The notes: a model not told the origin generated them from the letters alone. 64,000 bases of DNA from Escherichia coli (GCF_965641715.1 NZ_OZ282455.1), one strand, 5' to 3'. Positions 38,013 through 48,874 are shown, counted from the stretch's first letter. Numbers and translations: made by a program.

Positions 38013-39301
38013 TATGGTGTCTCCGGTTGTTCATCATACCGACGTTGCATCACAGCTTTTCTTTGCTCCATGGCTGTCTGCATTCGTGCCTGCGAGCGTT
38101 GTTCCGTCTGTGATGTACGATTAACTGAAGGGGAAATGCCACTGGAAAGGGAAGATGACCTGGCGTCGTTTGTCATTACCGGGTCAACAAACAGAATTGA
38201 TACGACTTCATGCTGATACACTTCTACCTGTTTATAGGGCTCACTTTCTGCCTGGCGGGTTAATATCTGACTTCCTCTTTCCGCCATACCACCGGCAATA
38301 ACGCCCGCAACAGCTTCACCACTGGGCATTCCCACGCGTCCGGTAACCGTGCCATAGTTACCCTGAATAACCTGCGTGTTGGCATCTTTATAAAGTGTGC
38401 CAATACTGCCCACACCTCCTAACACTGACGGCAGAATGATATGTTTAAACCAGCGTGTATTCACATTGCTGGCCACGGATGACATCAGGTTGTCTTCCCG
38501 TTGAGCATATGCATTGACCTTAAGGTCCATGCCGTTCCAGCTCATCCGGTCGAAATGGATCTCCACGCCGTTACCCACCAGTTTGACTCCCGGACTGAAC
38601 AGCGTTGCCCCTGCCCAGGGGCCAGCGGGAATGGTTGCGATAACCTTGGATGACGGGTTATCAGAATCCACTGCCGTATCAATATATGCTGGTATACGGG
38701 TCAGAGCAGGTATCAGTTGTATCCCTTTTTCTGCTACCGGCGTGGACAGGCTGGCATTCTGTAATGCGAATTGCTGCGTACCATTCTGCCCTGTTGTTTC
38801 TGCCGGAGATTTATTCCACATAGCCGTTGCTATGGTTGGTGTACTACCGGCAGGATGCTGATCTTTTATTCTTACAATCAGCTTTTGCAGCCGCTCCATA
38901 CGTTTTTCACTGGCTGCTCGATCCTCCTGTGGTGTGCCGGAAGCCTGGCGATGAGCATAGTTTTCCGGTTTTGCTGCAGGCTGTTGTTGCTTTTCCGGAG
39001 TGTCCGGAATATCAAGCCCCTGTGGAAGACTGGCAATGAACGTCTGATTATTGCGGGCTGCAGCTGCGGCCCCTCGTTCATTATCAGCTCTTAACAGTTC
39101 ACGATAGTGAGGCGTTTCGGTAACGCTGCGCGTTCCGCCGCTTGCTGCACTGTTAATGTTCACGGCTGACTGCATATCGCTGTTACTCCCTGATATTTTG
39201 GAAAACGCGATATAGCCGACGCCAAATAAGATGATGCTGCCCAGTCCAAGCAGGGCAGCCAGTTTCTTTCCGGATTTACCGGCATCCTGTTCAGCACTCA
39301 T
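38012..39301 (-). CDS. traO: conjugal transfer protein TraO
   Basis: 429 aa; TM segment then Pro/Gln-rich region; synteny. Confidence 0.75.
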   Translation of the reverse strand: MSAEQDAGKSGKKLAALLGLGSIILFGVGYIAFSKISGSNSDMQSAVNINSAASGGTRSVTETPHYRELLRADNERGAAAAARNNQTFIASLPQGLDIPDTPEKQQQPAAKPENYAHRQASGTPQEDRAASEKRMERLQKLIVRIKDQHPAGSTPTIATAMWNKSPAETTGQNGTQQFALQNASLSTPVAEKGIQLIPALTRIPAYIDTAVDSDNPSSKVIATIPAGPWAGATLFSPGVKLVGNGVEIHFDRMSWNGMDLKVNAYAQREDNLMSSVASNVNTRWFKHIILPSVLGGVGSIGTLYKDANTQVIQGNYGTVTGRVGMPSGEAVAGVIAGGMAERGSQILTRQAESEPYKQVEVYQHEVVSILFVDPVMTNDARSSSLSSGISPSVNRTSQTEQRSQARMQTAMEQRKAVMQRRYDEQPETP

Positions 39302-39303
39302 GA

Positions 39304-40287
39304 TTACTCCAGTTCTGGTGTCACGTGAACGGACTGGCCATTCACAGAGAAAGTCAGTAGTGGGGTGACGGGAAGTTTCCAGAGATGAGTTCCGTCGGCA
39401 GAGGACAAGGTCTGTTCAAATTCATCGCGCAACATCGCCCGGGAACGAACCAGTAGGTCATCGCCGTGTTGCCAGATCGTTGTATCCGGGACATTACCTG
39501 TGAATTTCAGCCTCTTAACTGAAGGGTCCCGGGGAGGAATACCATCCAGAAATGCCTGTAATGTTGCATCATGCAGGGCGATTTTATCCGTCGGGATGGA
39601 GACAACCGGGCTGGTTGGTCCCTGCCGTGGTATTCGCAGATCCAGACGACTGTCCATTTCCTGACTGGATGACGGCGTATCTGTTTCGCCACTGGTTACG
39701 TTCAGGATGACCGGTACCGACAGACCTTTCAGGTAGACAGAAATGTTTCCGGATGCCCATGGCCGCAATGGTGTGATTGTCACCATGTTCTCGTTGTACT
39801 GCACATCAAAGAGTTTTGGTGCCGCGTTATAAGGAGGATCGGATTGTGGCCATGGTGAACCGTTGATATCGGTAAATGTCACTACGCTCAGGTTGTTCAT
39901 GGCTGTGCGAACAAGAGGAAGGCTGGCACCGGGGGACAGATTAACTGTCAGAGAGCTGATACGGGGTACAACACTGGTGATGGGCGCATTGATGGCCCGC
40001 TCGTTATCCGCCATGAGACTGCGTAGTGAGCGAATCTCATCGGCGGAGAGCTCAGAATCAAGTCTTGCCGCATCCTGTACCAGCGGGCTGGCCTGCCCGG
40101 GGGCAGGCAGCTCACCTTTTACCAGTGTTGCCGGAACACCTCCGGTGTTTTGGGAGGCGTTCTGAACGTGATCGCTGGCAGAATTTGTCGTTTGTGGTGT
40201 GCGTGCGTTCTGCCATCCTGCGTTATCTGCAGACGTGGCGGCGCTGCACACCAGGAGCAGTGTGCTCAGTAAATAACGTGATTGCAT
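39304..40287 (-). CDS. traN: conjugal transfer protein TraN
   Basis: 327 aa with signal peptide; synteny. Confidence 0.7.
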   Translation of the reverse strand: MQSRYLLSTLLLVCSAATSADNAGWQNARTPQTTNSASDHVQNASQNTGGVPATLVKGELPAPGQASPLVQDAARLDSELSADEIRSLRSLMADNERAINAPITSVVPRISSLTVNLSPGASLPLVRTAMNNLSVVTFTDINGSPWPQSDPPYNAAPKLFDVQYNENMVTITPLRPWASGNISVYLKGLSVPVILNVTSGETDTPSSSQEMDSRLDLRIPRQGPTSPVVSIPTDKIALHDATLQAFLDGIPPRDPSVKRLKFTGNVPDTTIWQHGDDLLVRSRAMLRDEFEQTLSSADGTHLWKLPVTPLLTFSVNGQSVHVTPELE

Positions 40288-40297
40288 ATTACTTATC

Positions 40298-40990
40298 TCA
40301 GGAGTTCGGTCCGGCGTTACGGGAGATCATCTGCCGGATTTCCATACCGGATGGTTTCAGTCTGGGGTCAACACGCTGGATGGTGATTTCGAAAACAAAA
40401 GACTGTTCTGGCTTGCTGGTTGTCTGGCCGACCAGACGCATACGGACAGGATACTGAAATGTCCAGAACCATACGCCGTCGGACATTTGTCCCTGTCGTA
40501 CCAGAACGCCAGCGCCTGTCGTGGCGGTCAGATTCATCTTCTCTTTCTTGATCGTCTCCAGAATGTTAGATGCCTGTAATGCATTCACATATCCGGCAAA
40601 ACCTTCGTCAGAAAAACGCGGAGACAGAGAGGAAATCTGTGAACGATAGTGCACAAAATCCAGGTTGAATGCGGTCGCCAGTGCCTGGCTGCCAAAGGCC
40701 ATTGCGTCATTCTGACTCCATGCTGGCTGATTTGTTGGTGCCAGCCTGACCAGACGACCATTGTCTGTAGCGAAATATTCGCGCTCCACATTCGTTGAGT
40801 GCCAGTACTGAATGGCGTTACCAGTAATACTGATAAGAAGACATGTGCCCGTACATAAAAGCGCTTTTATCAGCGCAGGGACATTATTTGCCCGCTGTTC
40901 TGACTGCTTCATAGCCCTGATTGTGCTCTTCAGTATTTCCGGGTCAGGTGCCGGATGTGATGGCGAGGATGGCTCGGTATTTTCGGTCAT
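40298..40990 (-). CDS. traM: conjugal transfer protein TraM
   Basis: 230 aa; synteny. Confidence 0.7.
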   Translation of the reverse strand: MTENTEPSSPSHPAPDPEILKSTIRAMKQSEQRANNVPALIKALLCTGTCLLISITGNAIQYWHSTNVEREYFATDNGRLVRLAPTNQPAWSQNDAMAFGSQALATAFNLDFVHYRSQISSLSPRFSDEGFAGYVNALQASNILETIKKEKMNLTATTGAGVLVRQGQMSDGVWFWTFQYPVRMRLVGQTTSKPEQSFVFEITIQRVDPRLKPSGMEIRQMISRNAGPNS

Positions 40991-41334
40991 AGGTTGTAGT
41001 CCTTCCAGGGATCAATATTCCCCGGCAGCTTTTCATTCACCTTGTCCACGACCGCGTCGCAGACCTGGTTTTCCAGCTGCGACAGAATGTCGTCAAGGCT
41101 GGGGAACTGGGGGAGGTTTATGCTGATTTTTTTGATTCGTGACAGACAGGACTGCAGGGATGAGGAAACATCGTTTTCACGTTGTGACCATGCATCCGCA
41201 GCTGCACGTGCTCGCTCATATCCTGTATTACTACCGGCCTGTGCCGCGCTACCCGCACGACAGGTTGCAGCACTTGCCGTGGATGAAATCAGGATAAGGC
41301 CGAGCACGGCAACCAGAGACTTATGCATGTTCAT
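40987..41334 (-). CDS. traL: conjugal transfer protein TraL
   Basis: 115 aa with signal peptide; synteny. Confidence 0.7.
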   Translation of the reverse strand: MNMHKSLVAVLGLILISSTASAATCRAGSAAQAGSNTGYERARAAADAWSQRENDVSSSLQSCLSRIKKISINLPQFPSLDDILSQLENQVCDAVVDKVNEKLPGNIDPWKDYNL

Positions 41335-41351
41335 ATGGCTTCCTTACCGGC

Positions 41352-44300
41352 TCATCGGCCGGGGCTGTGGGAGAGATCCTGATGCAGAGTTTTTTCCTGC
41401 CTGTCCTCCGGCTTTTGGCTGTTGGACCACTGCTGCCATGACTGCTCGAAGCCCAGGTTCCGGTACAACGCATCAGGTTGTTTTTCCGGCGTGTAGACAG
41501 CAGCAAAAAGCGGTTCTTCCCGGGTTTTCAGATGAAACTGCATAAGCTCCGGTGCGGGGCGATTCGTGCTGTCAGCATCGTGGTTTACCGCTTCACCATA
41601 ACCTGCAAAGCGTAAACCTTTGTCGGTCAGCGCATTGATAACCAGCTGACTGTTGTCGGCTGATGGGGTGGCCAGTGCCGGATACAATGTGCCGTTCAGC
41701 CGGACCACACCCTGCAGATGTTCATCGGCACTCTGGACAAGTAGCAGGTTGAGTTCACGCGTATCCTTATCCACTGATCCCAGAACAGGTGTCAGCTTGT
41801 CAGGGGCTGCGCTGGTTATTTCTGTTACCTGATTTGCGTTCTGTGGCGCGGAGACCGGATGTCGGTCTTCACCGATAAACAGATGTGAGCCGACGTTTTC
41901 TGGCATACGTAACGTTTTCATCTCTTCGGGCCACCCCTGGCTGATTTGCGCAGCCACTTTCATAAAGGTTTCGACCGGAATCGCCTGAATACGCTGACCT
42001 TTATCCGGATTATCATGTGATACCGAGATCCCGTTGGTAACTGACTCCATGGACCACTTATTCCGGAAACGTGCTTTTTGCTCTCCCGGGAGGATGAATT
42101 GTTCGCGGTTCTGAAGTGTCAGTGTCACCACGTCACCTTTCTGATGGTTTTTGACCAGACTTTCCAGTTGCTCCCCCCAGTAGAGTTTGCTGCCACTGCG
42201 GTTTTTAAGCTCAACAAAGAAACTCTCTCCTTTGCCGGGTGCATATTCAGCACGACCAAAATTGTGCAGTACGGCAGTCACGCTCTCTCCCGGGCGAAGT
42301 TTTCCTGGTGGTTCTTCACCTTGTGCCGCATCTGCCGTTTTGCCAGGTTCAGCCGGTGATGATGCAGGGACGGTGCTGACGGTTGATGCTTCAGGGGCTA
42401 TTGGGGACGCCGGGGATTGTGTGGCTTCTTTTTCCTGAACAGGGTCTGGGACTGCTGGTTGTTCAGGGGTATTCCGGTTAAGTTCCGGTGTTGGCTTATG
42501 GGTGACAACAGCATCCTTACTGACAGCCATTTCCTTGCGTAATTTTTCTAGTTCAGCCCGTTGATCTGGCAATTTCATCCGGACATCGATGTTGTGCTCG
42601 ATAATCAACTGCATTGCTTTTTGCTTAAAGGCATCACTGCCCGTCAGCTCTATGACGCCCCCATAAAATTTGGTGGCCACAGCAAGTGCGGCCAGAACGC
42701 TGCGATCGTCATTGCTGGCACCGTTGACCATTTCCAGCCGGTTTACCCGGTCAATGAAGGCAGGTTTGCCATCCAGTTTGTACAGGACGGTTCTGTCTGC
42801 TCGTTTTTCCCAGTCGAGCTCTTTAAGAATTTCGTCCATGTTGAGCGATATCGGTGCATCAGAACGTTCCGGGGCGTAGACAATACTGTCAGGTATCGGT
42901 GGAGTCGTCGTGGTTTCCGCTGAGGGCGTGGGATCACTGTTCTCATGTGCCTGTGAATCCGTTTTTTTACGCGTAAAAAAGCCACGCGCTTTGTCGAGAA
43001 ACGATGAAGTATTATCAGAAGGTGATGTGCTCTGAACAGGTTGCTGTGGAGTGGGTTCATCCCGGACAGCCGGTTCTGCAGTATCTGTTGTGGCCTGAAG
43101 TTCTGACTCATCTGCCTGAACGTGGTCTGTGTCCGGTTGCGACGGCATATCACTGTTTTCCTGCAGATGCTCAGGATTTTCATTGTTCATCAGCTCCTGA
43201 TATGCGCTGTAGTTTTCGTATTCTTCGGGGCCATCTGACTCAGGAAGGAACGGCTCTGGCTGAAGGGGAATGTCTTCAGTTACATGGTTGACCGCCTCTT
43301 CCCGGGGAGTATCCGGGGATATTCCGGTGCTTTGTTTGTCATCAGGCTCCGTCATCACGGTCATTTCCTCTTTGACTGCATCAGGGGAAGGTGATGGCTC
43401 GGCTGATTCATTCATGGTTTCAGATGAGGGACTGTCTTCAGGGGATGCGGGGGCGGCAGCAGGGGCCGGTATTTCAGGTGAAGTGCCGGATTCCTGTTGT
43501 GACTCGTTTTTTTCCGGTTGTGACAGTTCGGCTTCAAATTCACGCCAGTCTTTATCTGTGGCCACCGAGACAACTTTTTCCGGAGGTTCCGCCGGATGAG
43601 CGGGTTCATCAGGGGCAGATGCCGTTGTACTTTCCGGGGACGCCGGTGATTCTGCAGGGGAGTCCTGAACTACAGAGCTTTCCGTTTGCGCCTGAACGTT
43701 ATCAGCGTGCCGCTCATCTTTGCCGTTATTTTCAGTGGCGTGACTGGTAAATGACTGTGTTTCATCAGCAATGTTACTGCTGGAAGCAGCTGGTTGTTCC
43801 TGCTGCGTGGCGGACGGCAGAGAAGGTCCCTGGTCATGGCTGTGCCCTGTATCGGGTGATGTTTCAGGATATTCTGTCGGAGTCATGGTTTTTTCCTCAG
43901 TGTGGACCGGTGTAAAAACGAGGTTGCCGATCACCAGTGCCTCGCGGATTTCCGGGGTGTTACTGTTGGGGGTGGAAACCCCGATGTGTTCTAACTGGGC
44001 GTTGATGACATGCTGAAAAGCGGCCCGTCCCCGGCTTGCGTCCAGGTCATTGAAATCGGTCAGCCCCTGCGCTTTTTCGGCATCGGTGAACGCAGGAAAG
44101 ATGACCGTTCCTCCTGTCAGTTCTGCGGCTTTTGTTGCACTGACGATACCTTTGTTAACCCGGATTGCATGATCGTTGTCGGCACAGAAGATAAAGGGGC
44201 TTTGCGTCCACTTTTGCCGGGCATTTTCGGCAACGGCAATCATGTTGCCTCCATCCACCGTCATCAGTACCGGAAGGCCCGTGGCTTCGTGCAGGGAGGC

Positions 44301-45155
44301 CGCAGTGGCATAGCCCTCGGCAAACAGTACCGGCTGACCGTTGCGCGGTGTGCCCAGCGCAAACCAGTTACCGGTTTTCTCTGAATCTTTCAGGATGCGG
44401 GCATCCTTCCCCCCGGTGACCGGAATACGCTGGTAAGAGCGTATCGCGCCGTTACGGTTACTGAAGGGAATAACCAGTTCATTTTTGTTGTTTACCCGCA
44501 CCCCCGGTGCAGCCTGAATGCCTTTCCGGGTCAGGTATTCATGTGCTGTGGCCTGCGGCCATTTGTTGACATAGCGGCGGGCATACGCGGCCTGTCGGTT
44601 GTACTGTGCTTTCAGTTCCCGCTCCGCGTCCTCCCTGCGTTGCATTGAATGCGCTTTCAGGTGGAGTCTTGCGCGGGGATCTGTCTGTTCTCCGCCGGAG
44701 AAGGTCCAGGTGATCGGCGAATCATCCGCGCTGCGATAATCCCTGTACCAGCCGGCAGGTCTGCCGTCCAGGAATCCGCGATATGCGCCACTTTTTTGTC
44801 CTTTTTTGTCATCGGCGGTCGGGACACGGTGGATTTTCCCGTCCATGACCGGCAGTTCTTTCAGAACCAGTCCGGCATTCTCCAGAACCTGGGCAAACTC
44901 GGTGACCGGATCACTGCCGTTCATGGAGACGTCCTGTGGCCGGGGCAGCCAGCGGTCCAGCCTGGACAGGTCCGCCCCCGGGCGGGCGAACCAGAGTTTG
45001 TGCTCCTTGTCCCAGATGACGGGCGTGTGCCCGTTCATCGGGGGATGTGCTTTTTTGAGATCTTCTATTTCATCTGCAGGCACGGCAAGCCAGGTGCGGT
45101 AGCGGGATACAGACGGCATGAGTGCTTCTCCTGAAAAAAGACGGAAAAAAACCAC
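41352..45155 (-). CDS. sogL: Sog DNA primase (SogL; SogS expected from in-frame internal start)
   Basis: 1267 aa; N-terminal primase region with EGYATAASL motif; about 350-aa acidic Pro/Ser/Glu/Thr-rich low-complexity linker; size matches IncI1 sog. Confidence 0.9.
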   Translation of the reverse strand: MVFFRLFSGEALMPSVSRYRTWLAVPADEIEDLKKAHPPMNGHTPVIWDKEHKLWFARPGADLSRLDRWLPRPQDVSMNGSDPVTEFAQVLENAGLVLKELPVMDGKIHRVPTADDKKGQKSGAYRGFLDGRPAGWYRDYRSADDSPITWTFSGGEQTDPRARLHLKAHSMQRREDAERELKAQYNRQAAYARRYVNKWPQATAHEYLTRKGIQAAPGVRVNNKNELVIPFSNRNGAIRSYQRIPVTGGKDARILKDSEKTGNWFALGTPRNGQPVLFAEGYATAASLHEATGLPVLMTVDGGNMIAVAENARQKWTQSPFIFCADNDHAIRVNKGIVSATKAAELTGGTVIFPAFTDAEKAQGLTDFNDLDASRGRAAFQHVINAQLEHIGVSTPNSNTPEIREALVIGNLVFTPVHTEEKTMTPTEYPETSPDTGHSHDQGPSLPSATQQEQPAASSSNIADETQSFTSHATENNGKDERHADNVQAQTESSVVQDSPAESPASPESTTASAPDEPAHPAEPPEKVVSVATDKDWREFEAELSQPEKNESQQESGTSPEIPAPAAAPASPEDSPSSETMNESAEPSPSPDAVKEEMTVMTEPDDKQSTGISPDTPREEAVNHVTEDIPLQPEPFLPESDGPEEYENYSAYQELMNNENPEHLQENSDMPSQPDTDHVQADESELQATTDTAEPAVRDEPTPQQPVQSTSPSDNTSSFLDKARGFFTRKKTDSQAHENSDPTPSAETTTTPPIPDSIVYAPERSDAPISLNMDEILKELDWEKRADRTVLYKLDGKPAFIDRVNRLEMVNGASNDDRSVLAALAVATKFYGGVIELTGSDAFKQKAMQLIIEHNIDVRMKLPDQRAELEKLRKEMAVSKDAVVTHKPTPELNRNTPEQPAVPDPVQEKEATQSPASPIAPEASTVSTVPASSPAEPGKTADAAQGEEPPGKLRPGESVTAVLHNFGRAEYAPGKGESFFVELKNRSGSKLYWGEQLESLVKNHQKGDVVTLTLQNREQFILPGEQKARFRNKWSMESVTNGISVSHDNPDKGQRIQAIPVETFMKVAAQISQGWPEEMKTLRMPENVGSHLFIGEDRHPVSAPQNANQVTEITSAAPDKLTPVLGSVDKDTRELNLLLVQSADEHLQGVVRLNGTLYPALATPSADNSQLVINALTDKGLRFAGYGEAVNHDADSTNRPAPELMQFHLKTREEPLFAAVYTPEKQPDALYRNLGFEQSWQQWSNSQKPEDRQEKTLHQDLSHSPGR

Positions 45156-45208
45156 CGCCGGAAGCCGGGGGTGGCTGGGGGGATAGAAAATCGGGGGAGA
45201 AATGTTTG

Positions 45209-45760
45209 TCAGGGTTTCCAGTCTGTACCCTTATTCCAGCGATCCTGCCAGTGTTCAAGATATTGTGCGGCTACATCCGGCATATTCTTGAGCACAACGA
45301 CATTCTCTGAATTCTTGCGTGCAGCAGCACGAGAGAAGTTATAGGAGCCAGTTTCAACCGTGTTTCCGTCAACAATGATGACTTTGTCGTGATGGATGGG
45401 GAAGGCATCTACAGTCCGGAGAGGAATGTCCAGCAGGTTGATATATTTCATCGCTTCCTGACTTGCCCGGTTCGTATTCCCCTTGTCATCAACAACAATA
45501 CGGACGTCCACTCCGCGTTTTTTCGCTTTTGCCAGCGCATGCATTACATCCGGGTCGGTGAAGGAATATGCCATCATCCTGATGGAGCTTTCCGCACTGT
45601 TGATTGTGTCAAGCACCAGAGCGGATGCGCTTCCTTCAGGAGAAAAGCCGACCTTCACGGATGGCGTGTCGATCATTGCAAACGATGGTGTCGTGAACAG
45701 TAACGGGCATGCCAGTAGCGATACCCGGAGCAGAGTAACGATAGTTTTTTTACCTGACAT
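45209..45760 (-). CDS. nuc: Nuc endonuclease (phospholipase D/HKD family), secreted
   Basis: Inside track ORF 45209..46120; ATG at 45760 after GGAG gives signal peptide MSGKKTIVTLLRVSLLACPLLFTTPSFA; HKD motif HDKVIIVDG. Confidence 0.8.
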   Translation of the reverse strand: MSGKKTIVTLLRVSLLACPLLFTTPSFAMIDTPSVKVGFSPEGSASALVLDTINSAESSIRMMAYSFTDPDVMHALAKAKKRGVDVRIVVDDKGNTNRASQEAMKYINLLDIPLRTVDAFPIHHDKVIIVDGNTVETGSYNFSRAAARKNSENVVVLKNMPDVAAQYLEHWQDRWNKGTDWKP

Positions 45761-45774
45761 AAAGACTCCAGAAT

Positions 45775-46065
45775 TTAATCGAGGCCAGTCCAGTCTCGTG
45801 GTGATTCCGTATGGTGGCGATACCACCATGGACGACCGGAGGCGATGGCCCCTCTCAGAATGCTGAAAATGCGTGTACAGATAGTCCTGACAGTCCAGCC
45901 TGAACGGTCGAGAATAACGAAAAATAAAATGATGCCGGTGCAAATCCAGAAGGTTGTTTTGGAGGGAAAGGGGCATATAAACAGATAAATCATGGTGAAC
46001 GGCAGAGGTACGCCCTGGATGTTGACTGGCGGTGTTGCATATCGCCAGAAACCTTCTCTTTTCAT
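45775..46065 (-). CDS. traK: conjugal transfer membrane protein TraK
   Basis: 96 aa hydrophobic; overlaps traJ stop; synteny. Confidence 0.55.
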   Translation of the reverse strand: MKREGFWRYATPPVNIQGVPLPFTMIYLFICPFPSKTTFWICTGIILFFVILDRSGWTVRTICTRIFSILRGAIASGRPWWYRHHTESPRDWTGLD

Positions 46066-47210
46066 GACCGTAACTCCCCTGGCGGGATAAAAAGAATCGC
46101 TTCTCTTCGGTCAACTTCATTCCGGATATACATTTCCAGAATCTGGTCCCGGATACGGCGCTTCTCCTGCCGGATTATGGCATCAATGTGATGCCCCCAC
46201 TCTGCATGCGGCATTCCGGAAAGATTGTCGCGAAGCTCATCGTTAATGACGATATATTCCCGGACGGCTTTACGACCACCGTCATTTGTTCTGACCAGAA
46301 CCTGAACCAGAATGAACTGCAACAGTGACAGGACAGCCCAGGCCATCGAATCCCTGATGACAGGGGGAAACAGCCCAAGAAGACGTGCCAGCGTTTCACC
46401 AGGAGATTTCGTATGCATGGTGCTCAGGCAGTAATGCCCGGTGTTGCCTGCCTGTACCGCTGCGTCGGCGGTTTCGTTATCCCTGATCTCACCAACACCG
46501 ATAATTTCGGGATTACGTCGTACAGCAGAACGCAGTCCGGCAGCAAAACTGACCACATCACGCCCGATTTCTGCCTGATGCGGTGGGAGCAGATCGTTTT
46601 CATTTCCCAGGATATATTCCACCGGGTCTTCATATGTCACGATTTTGGCGTCGGGGAAATTGTCCATAATGTAACGGTACAGTGCTGAACACAGCGTTGA
46701 TTTTCCTGACCCGGTTTCACCACATACAAATCCCAGACCGCTTTTGCAGACCATTGCTTCAAGCAGGTCTGGTTCAATGTTCATGGAGAGAATGTCCGGT
46801 ATTTCTGTCGGGATGACACGCATGGTTATTGAGATTGCTTTCTCCTCCGCACCAGATGTGCCCTGAATGAGGTGAGAGCGTAACCGGATGCGTTCTCCGC
46901 GTTTAAGACCATAGCGCCCGGATGCATCCCCGTTAATCTGTATCGTCCTGTCAACCGGATTGCCTGCCAGAACGCGGGGAATGACTTCCCGACCGAACAG
47001 TTCATCAATCAGGGAGGACATGAGTGTGGTTGGTAACGTTGCACTGGAACAACGCACCCGTCGGCCAAAGCGACTGACAGATACAGGTGACCCGCCGGTC
47101 AGATCCACATCACTGACTTTATGTGCGGCACACCAGACAAAGAAATGCCGTAGTTCATCTGCAGTGAAACGCTGAAACGGAAAAAGACCAAACTCATCAG
47201 GAATATTCAT
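46062..47210 (-). CDS. traJ: conjugal transfer ATPase TraJ
   Basis: 382 aa; Walker A GETGSGKST; synteny. Confidence 0.8.
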   Translation of the reverse strand: MNIPDEFGLFPFQRFTADELRHFFVWCAAHKVSDVDLTGGSPVSVSRFGRRVRCSSATLPTTLMSSLIDELFGREVIPRVLAGNPVDRTIQINGDASGRYGLKRGERIRLRSHLIQGTSGAEEKAISITMRVIPTEIPDILSMNIEPDLLEAMVCKSGLGFVCGETGSGKSTLCSALYRYIMDNFPDAKIVTYEDPVEYILGNENDLLPPHQAEIGRDVVSFAAGLRSAVRRNPEIIGVGEIRDNETADAAVQAGNTGHYCLSTMHTKSPGETLARLLGLFPPVIRDSMAWAVLSLLQFILVQVLVRTNDGGRKAVREYIVINDELRDNLSGMPHAEWGHHIDAIIRQEKRRIRDQILEMYIRNEVDRREAILFIPPGELRS

Positions 47211-48025
47211 CGGGAGCCTCCTTCAGTGCCTATAAGCGGACGCCAGTGAGATTTCTGAAGATTGAATTCCGCATGATTTTTAAGGCGACGAACACGATCT
47301 CCAGTGACCAGTTTTTTCCCGTCACCTGTAACGGTTTGCATTTGATCAGAAACATCCGGACGGGTGATCATGCCCTGACGCCAGAGAAGTGAGTACAGCA
47401 TCATGCCCCGGTAATCACGGGTGAGGGTTTTCTGGTTGGCTTCAAGCGTCAGGTCGGCGTTTTGTCTTCCTTCCTGCCATCCCTGCCGTAATGCGGTTTC
47501 CCACACTTTTCGTTGCACGCTGTCTTCTGGAACGACGCTGCCTTCTGTACCCGGAGTGGCTGTTGTTGAAAGCCCCCGGAGAAGCCAGTCACGCCAGCCC
47601 GGTGGATTGCTGACAAAGCGTTCAGGGCGAATGATGGTCCAGACCCGGGAAGAGGTCCGGATTTGATCTGGCGTGATATGAGCTACGTCCTGTGCTTCAT
47701 CAATAACCGGTGGTAGCCAGCCTTCCGGGCTAATCAGTGGCCGGAAATCGTATAAGGCATTAAGTGTGCTTTCCCGGGCGTTGAGCGCCTGAATCAGCTC
47801 CCATGAACGCTGAGCCTTGCCACCACGAAATCCAAGCGTTTTACCTGCGTCGGTCAGCATTTTCCAGCGTGTTTCTGACAGACTATCCGGCTTTTCACTT
47901 CGTGGTTTAAGCCATGCATTAATGTCAGGTGGTGGCGTATTGACACCACCTGGCGAGATGGTAGGGGAAGAAGAACAACCAGTAAGCAGTATTACTGGCA
48001 AAAGGAGAGAGGTGAGTGCTTTCAT
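47207..48025 (-). CDS. traI: conjugal transfer lipoprotein TraI
   Basis: 272 aa; lipobox LLTGC; synteny. Confidence 0.7.
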   Translation of the reverse strand: MKALTSLLLPVILLTGCSSSPTISPGGVNTPPPDINAWLKPRSEKPDSLSETRWKMLTDAGKTLGFRGGKAQRSWELIQALNARESTLNALYDFRPLISPEGWLPPVIDEAQDVAHITPDQIRTSSRVWTIIRPERFVSNPPGWRDWLLRGLSTTATPGTEGSVVPEDSVQRKVWETALRQGWQEGRQNADLTLEANQKTLTRDYRGMMLYSLLWRQGMITRPDVSDQMQTVTGDGKKLVTGDRVRRLKNHAEFNLQKSHWRPLIGTEGGSR

Positions 48026-48480
48026 TTTTTCCGGTTCTCCGGCTGCATGAAGCTGACCTGTAACAAGCCCGGATATTGATGGATTGTTGCTCTCCAGGCT
48101 GTCTGGGCTTCAATAAGTCTCAACGTATTGGAAAACGTCATATCCCGGACGTGAAGGTTGACTGGTAACGGCAGGCGGACACCATTGTAGTTAAACTGCA
48201 TCCCCCTGACTCTGGCCAGTTCGTTCAGTAATTCAATTGCATCACCTTCCCAGTCAAAGGAAAGGCGATCGCTGTTAGCTGTCAGAAGATGAGACCCCGT
48301 TGAAACCGGAAGTTGGCCGGAAAATACACCTTTGTCCCATAATGTGTACTGAGTGTGCCGGGTAACCGCCACATCAGAGGCAGCACCGTAGTTACGCGGA
48401 ACAGGAGTATGCTGAGAAGGGGAGTTGCAGCCAGCCAGAAAAAGGGCGGCAAGACACCCCGCAGGTATAATACGGTTCAT
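48022..48480 (-). CDS. traH: conjugal transfer lipoprotein TraH
   Basis: 152 aa; lipobox LAGC; synteny. Confidence 0.7.
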   Translation of the reverse strand: MNRIIPAGCLAALFLAGCNSPSQHTPVPRNYGAASDVAVTRHTQYTLWDKGVFSGQLPVSTGSHLLTANSDRLSFDWEGDAIELLNELARVRGMQFNYNGVRLPLPVNLHVRDMTFSNTLRLIEAQTAWRATIHQYPGLLQVSFMQPENRKK

Positions 48481-48874
48481 AATAATTCCTGAGCAGTTAA
48501 ATCAGAATGGGATATACCGGTGCTCCGGTACAGACAGGATGATGTTTGTTTCCGGCTATACTTGCGTTACCGGAAATAAATGCCAGTGTGGCCAGGTAAA
48601 TAGCCTCATAGTTTACTGAAGGTGATTATTCCTGATACTGGCTGGTTGATGTGTCGTCAGACATAAAACGAATATGAGCGTAATCTTTAACGCTCCGCGC
48701 CGAATCGATCCATGATGGATGACTCGACGATTTATGAATCGAACGTACCGGCGCTTGTCCCTGAAACAGTTCCCGGCCCTCGTCCGGATAACCTGCAATT
48801 CAGACAGGCACATGTGCCCGTACACTCTTGTATCTTACTGAGTATATCAGAATTTATGTAAATTCAAATATCCT

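Noticed and set aside
45209-46120. Track ORF of 303 aa treated as one gene
   Set aside because: Only the C-terminal 183 aa look like Nuc; an internal ATG at 45760 with SD gives a proper signal peptide, and the upstream part overlaps traK (45775..46065), which is in another frame
48481-48874. ORF 48613..48825 (-) in the traH to Ais-like intergenic region
   Set aside because: No SD, His/Arg-rich low-complexity translation; more likely non-coding spacer or promoter region
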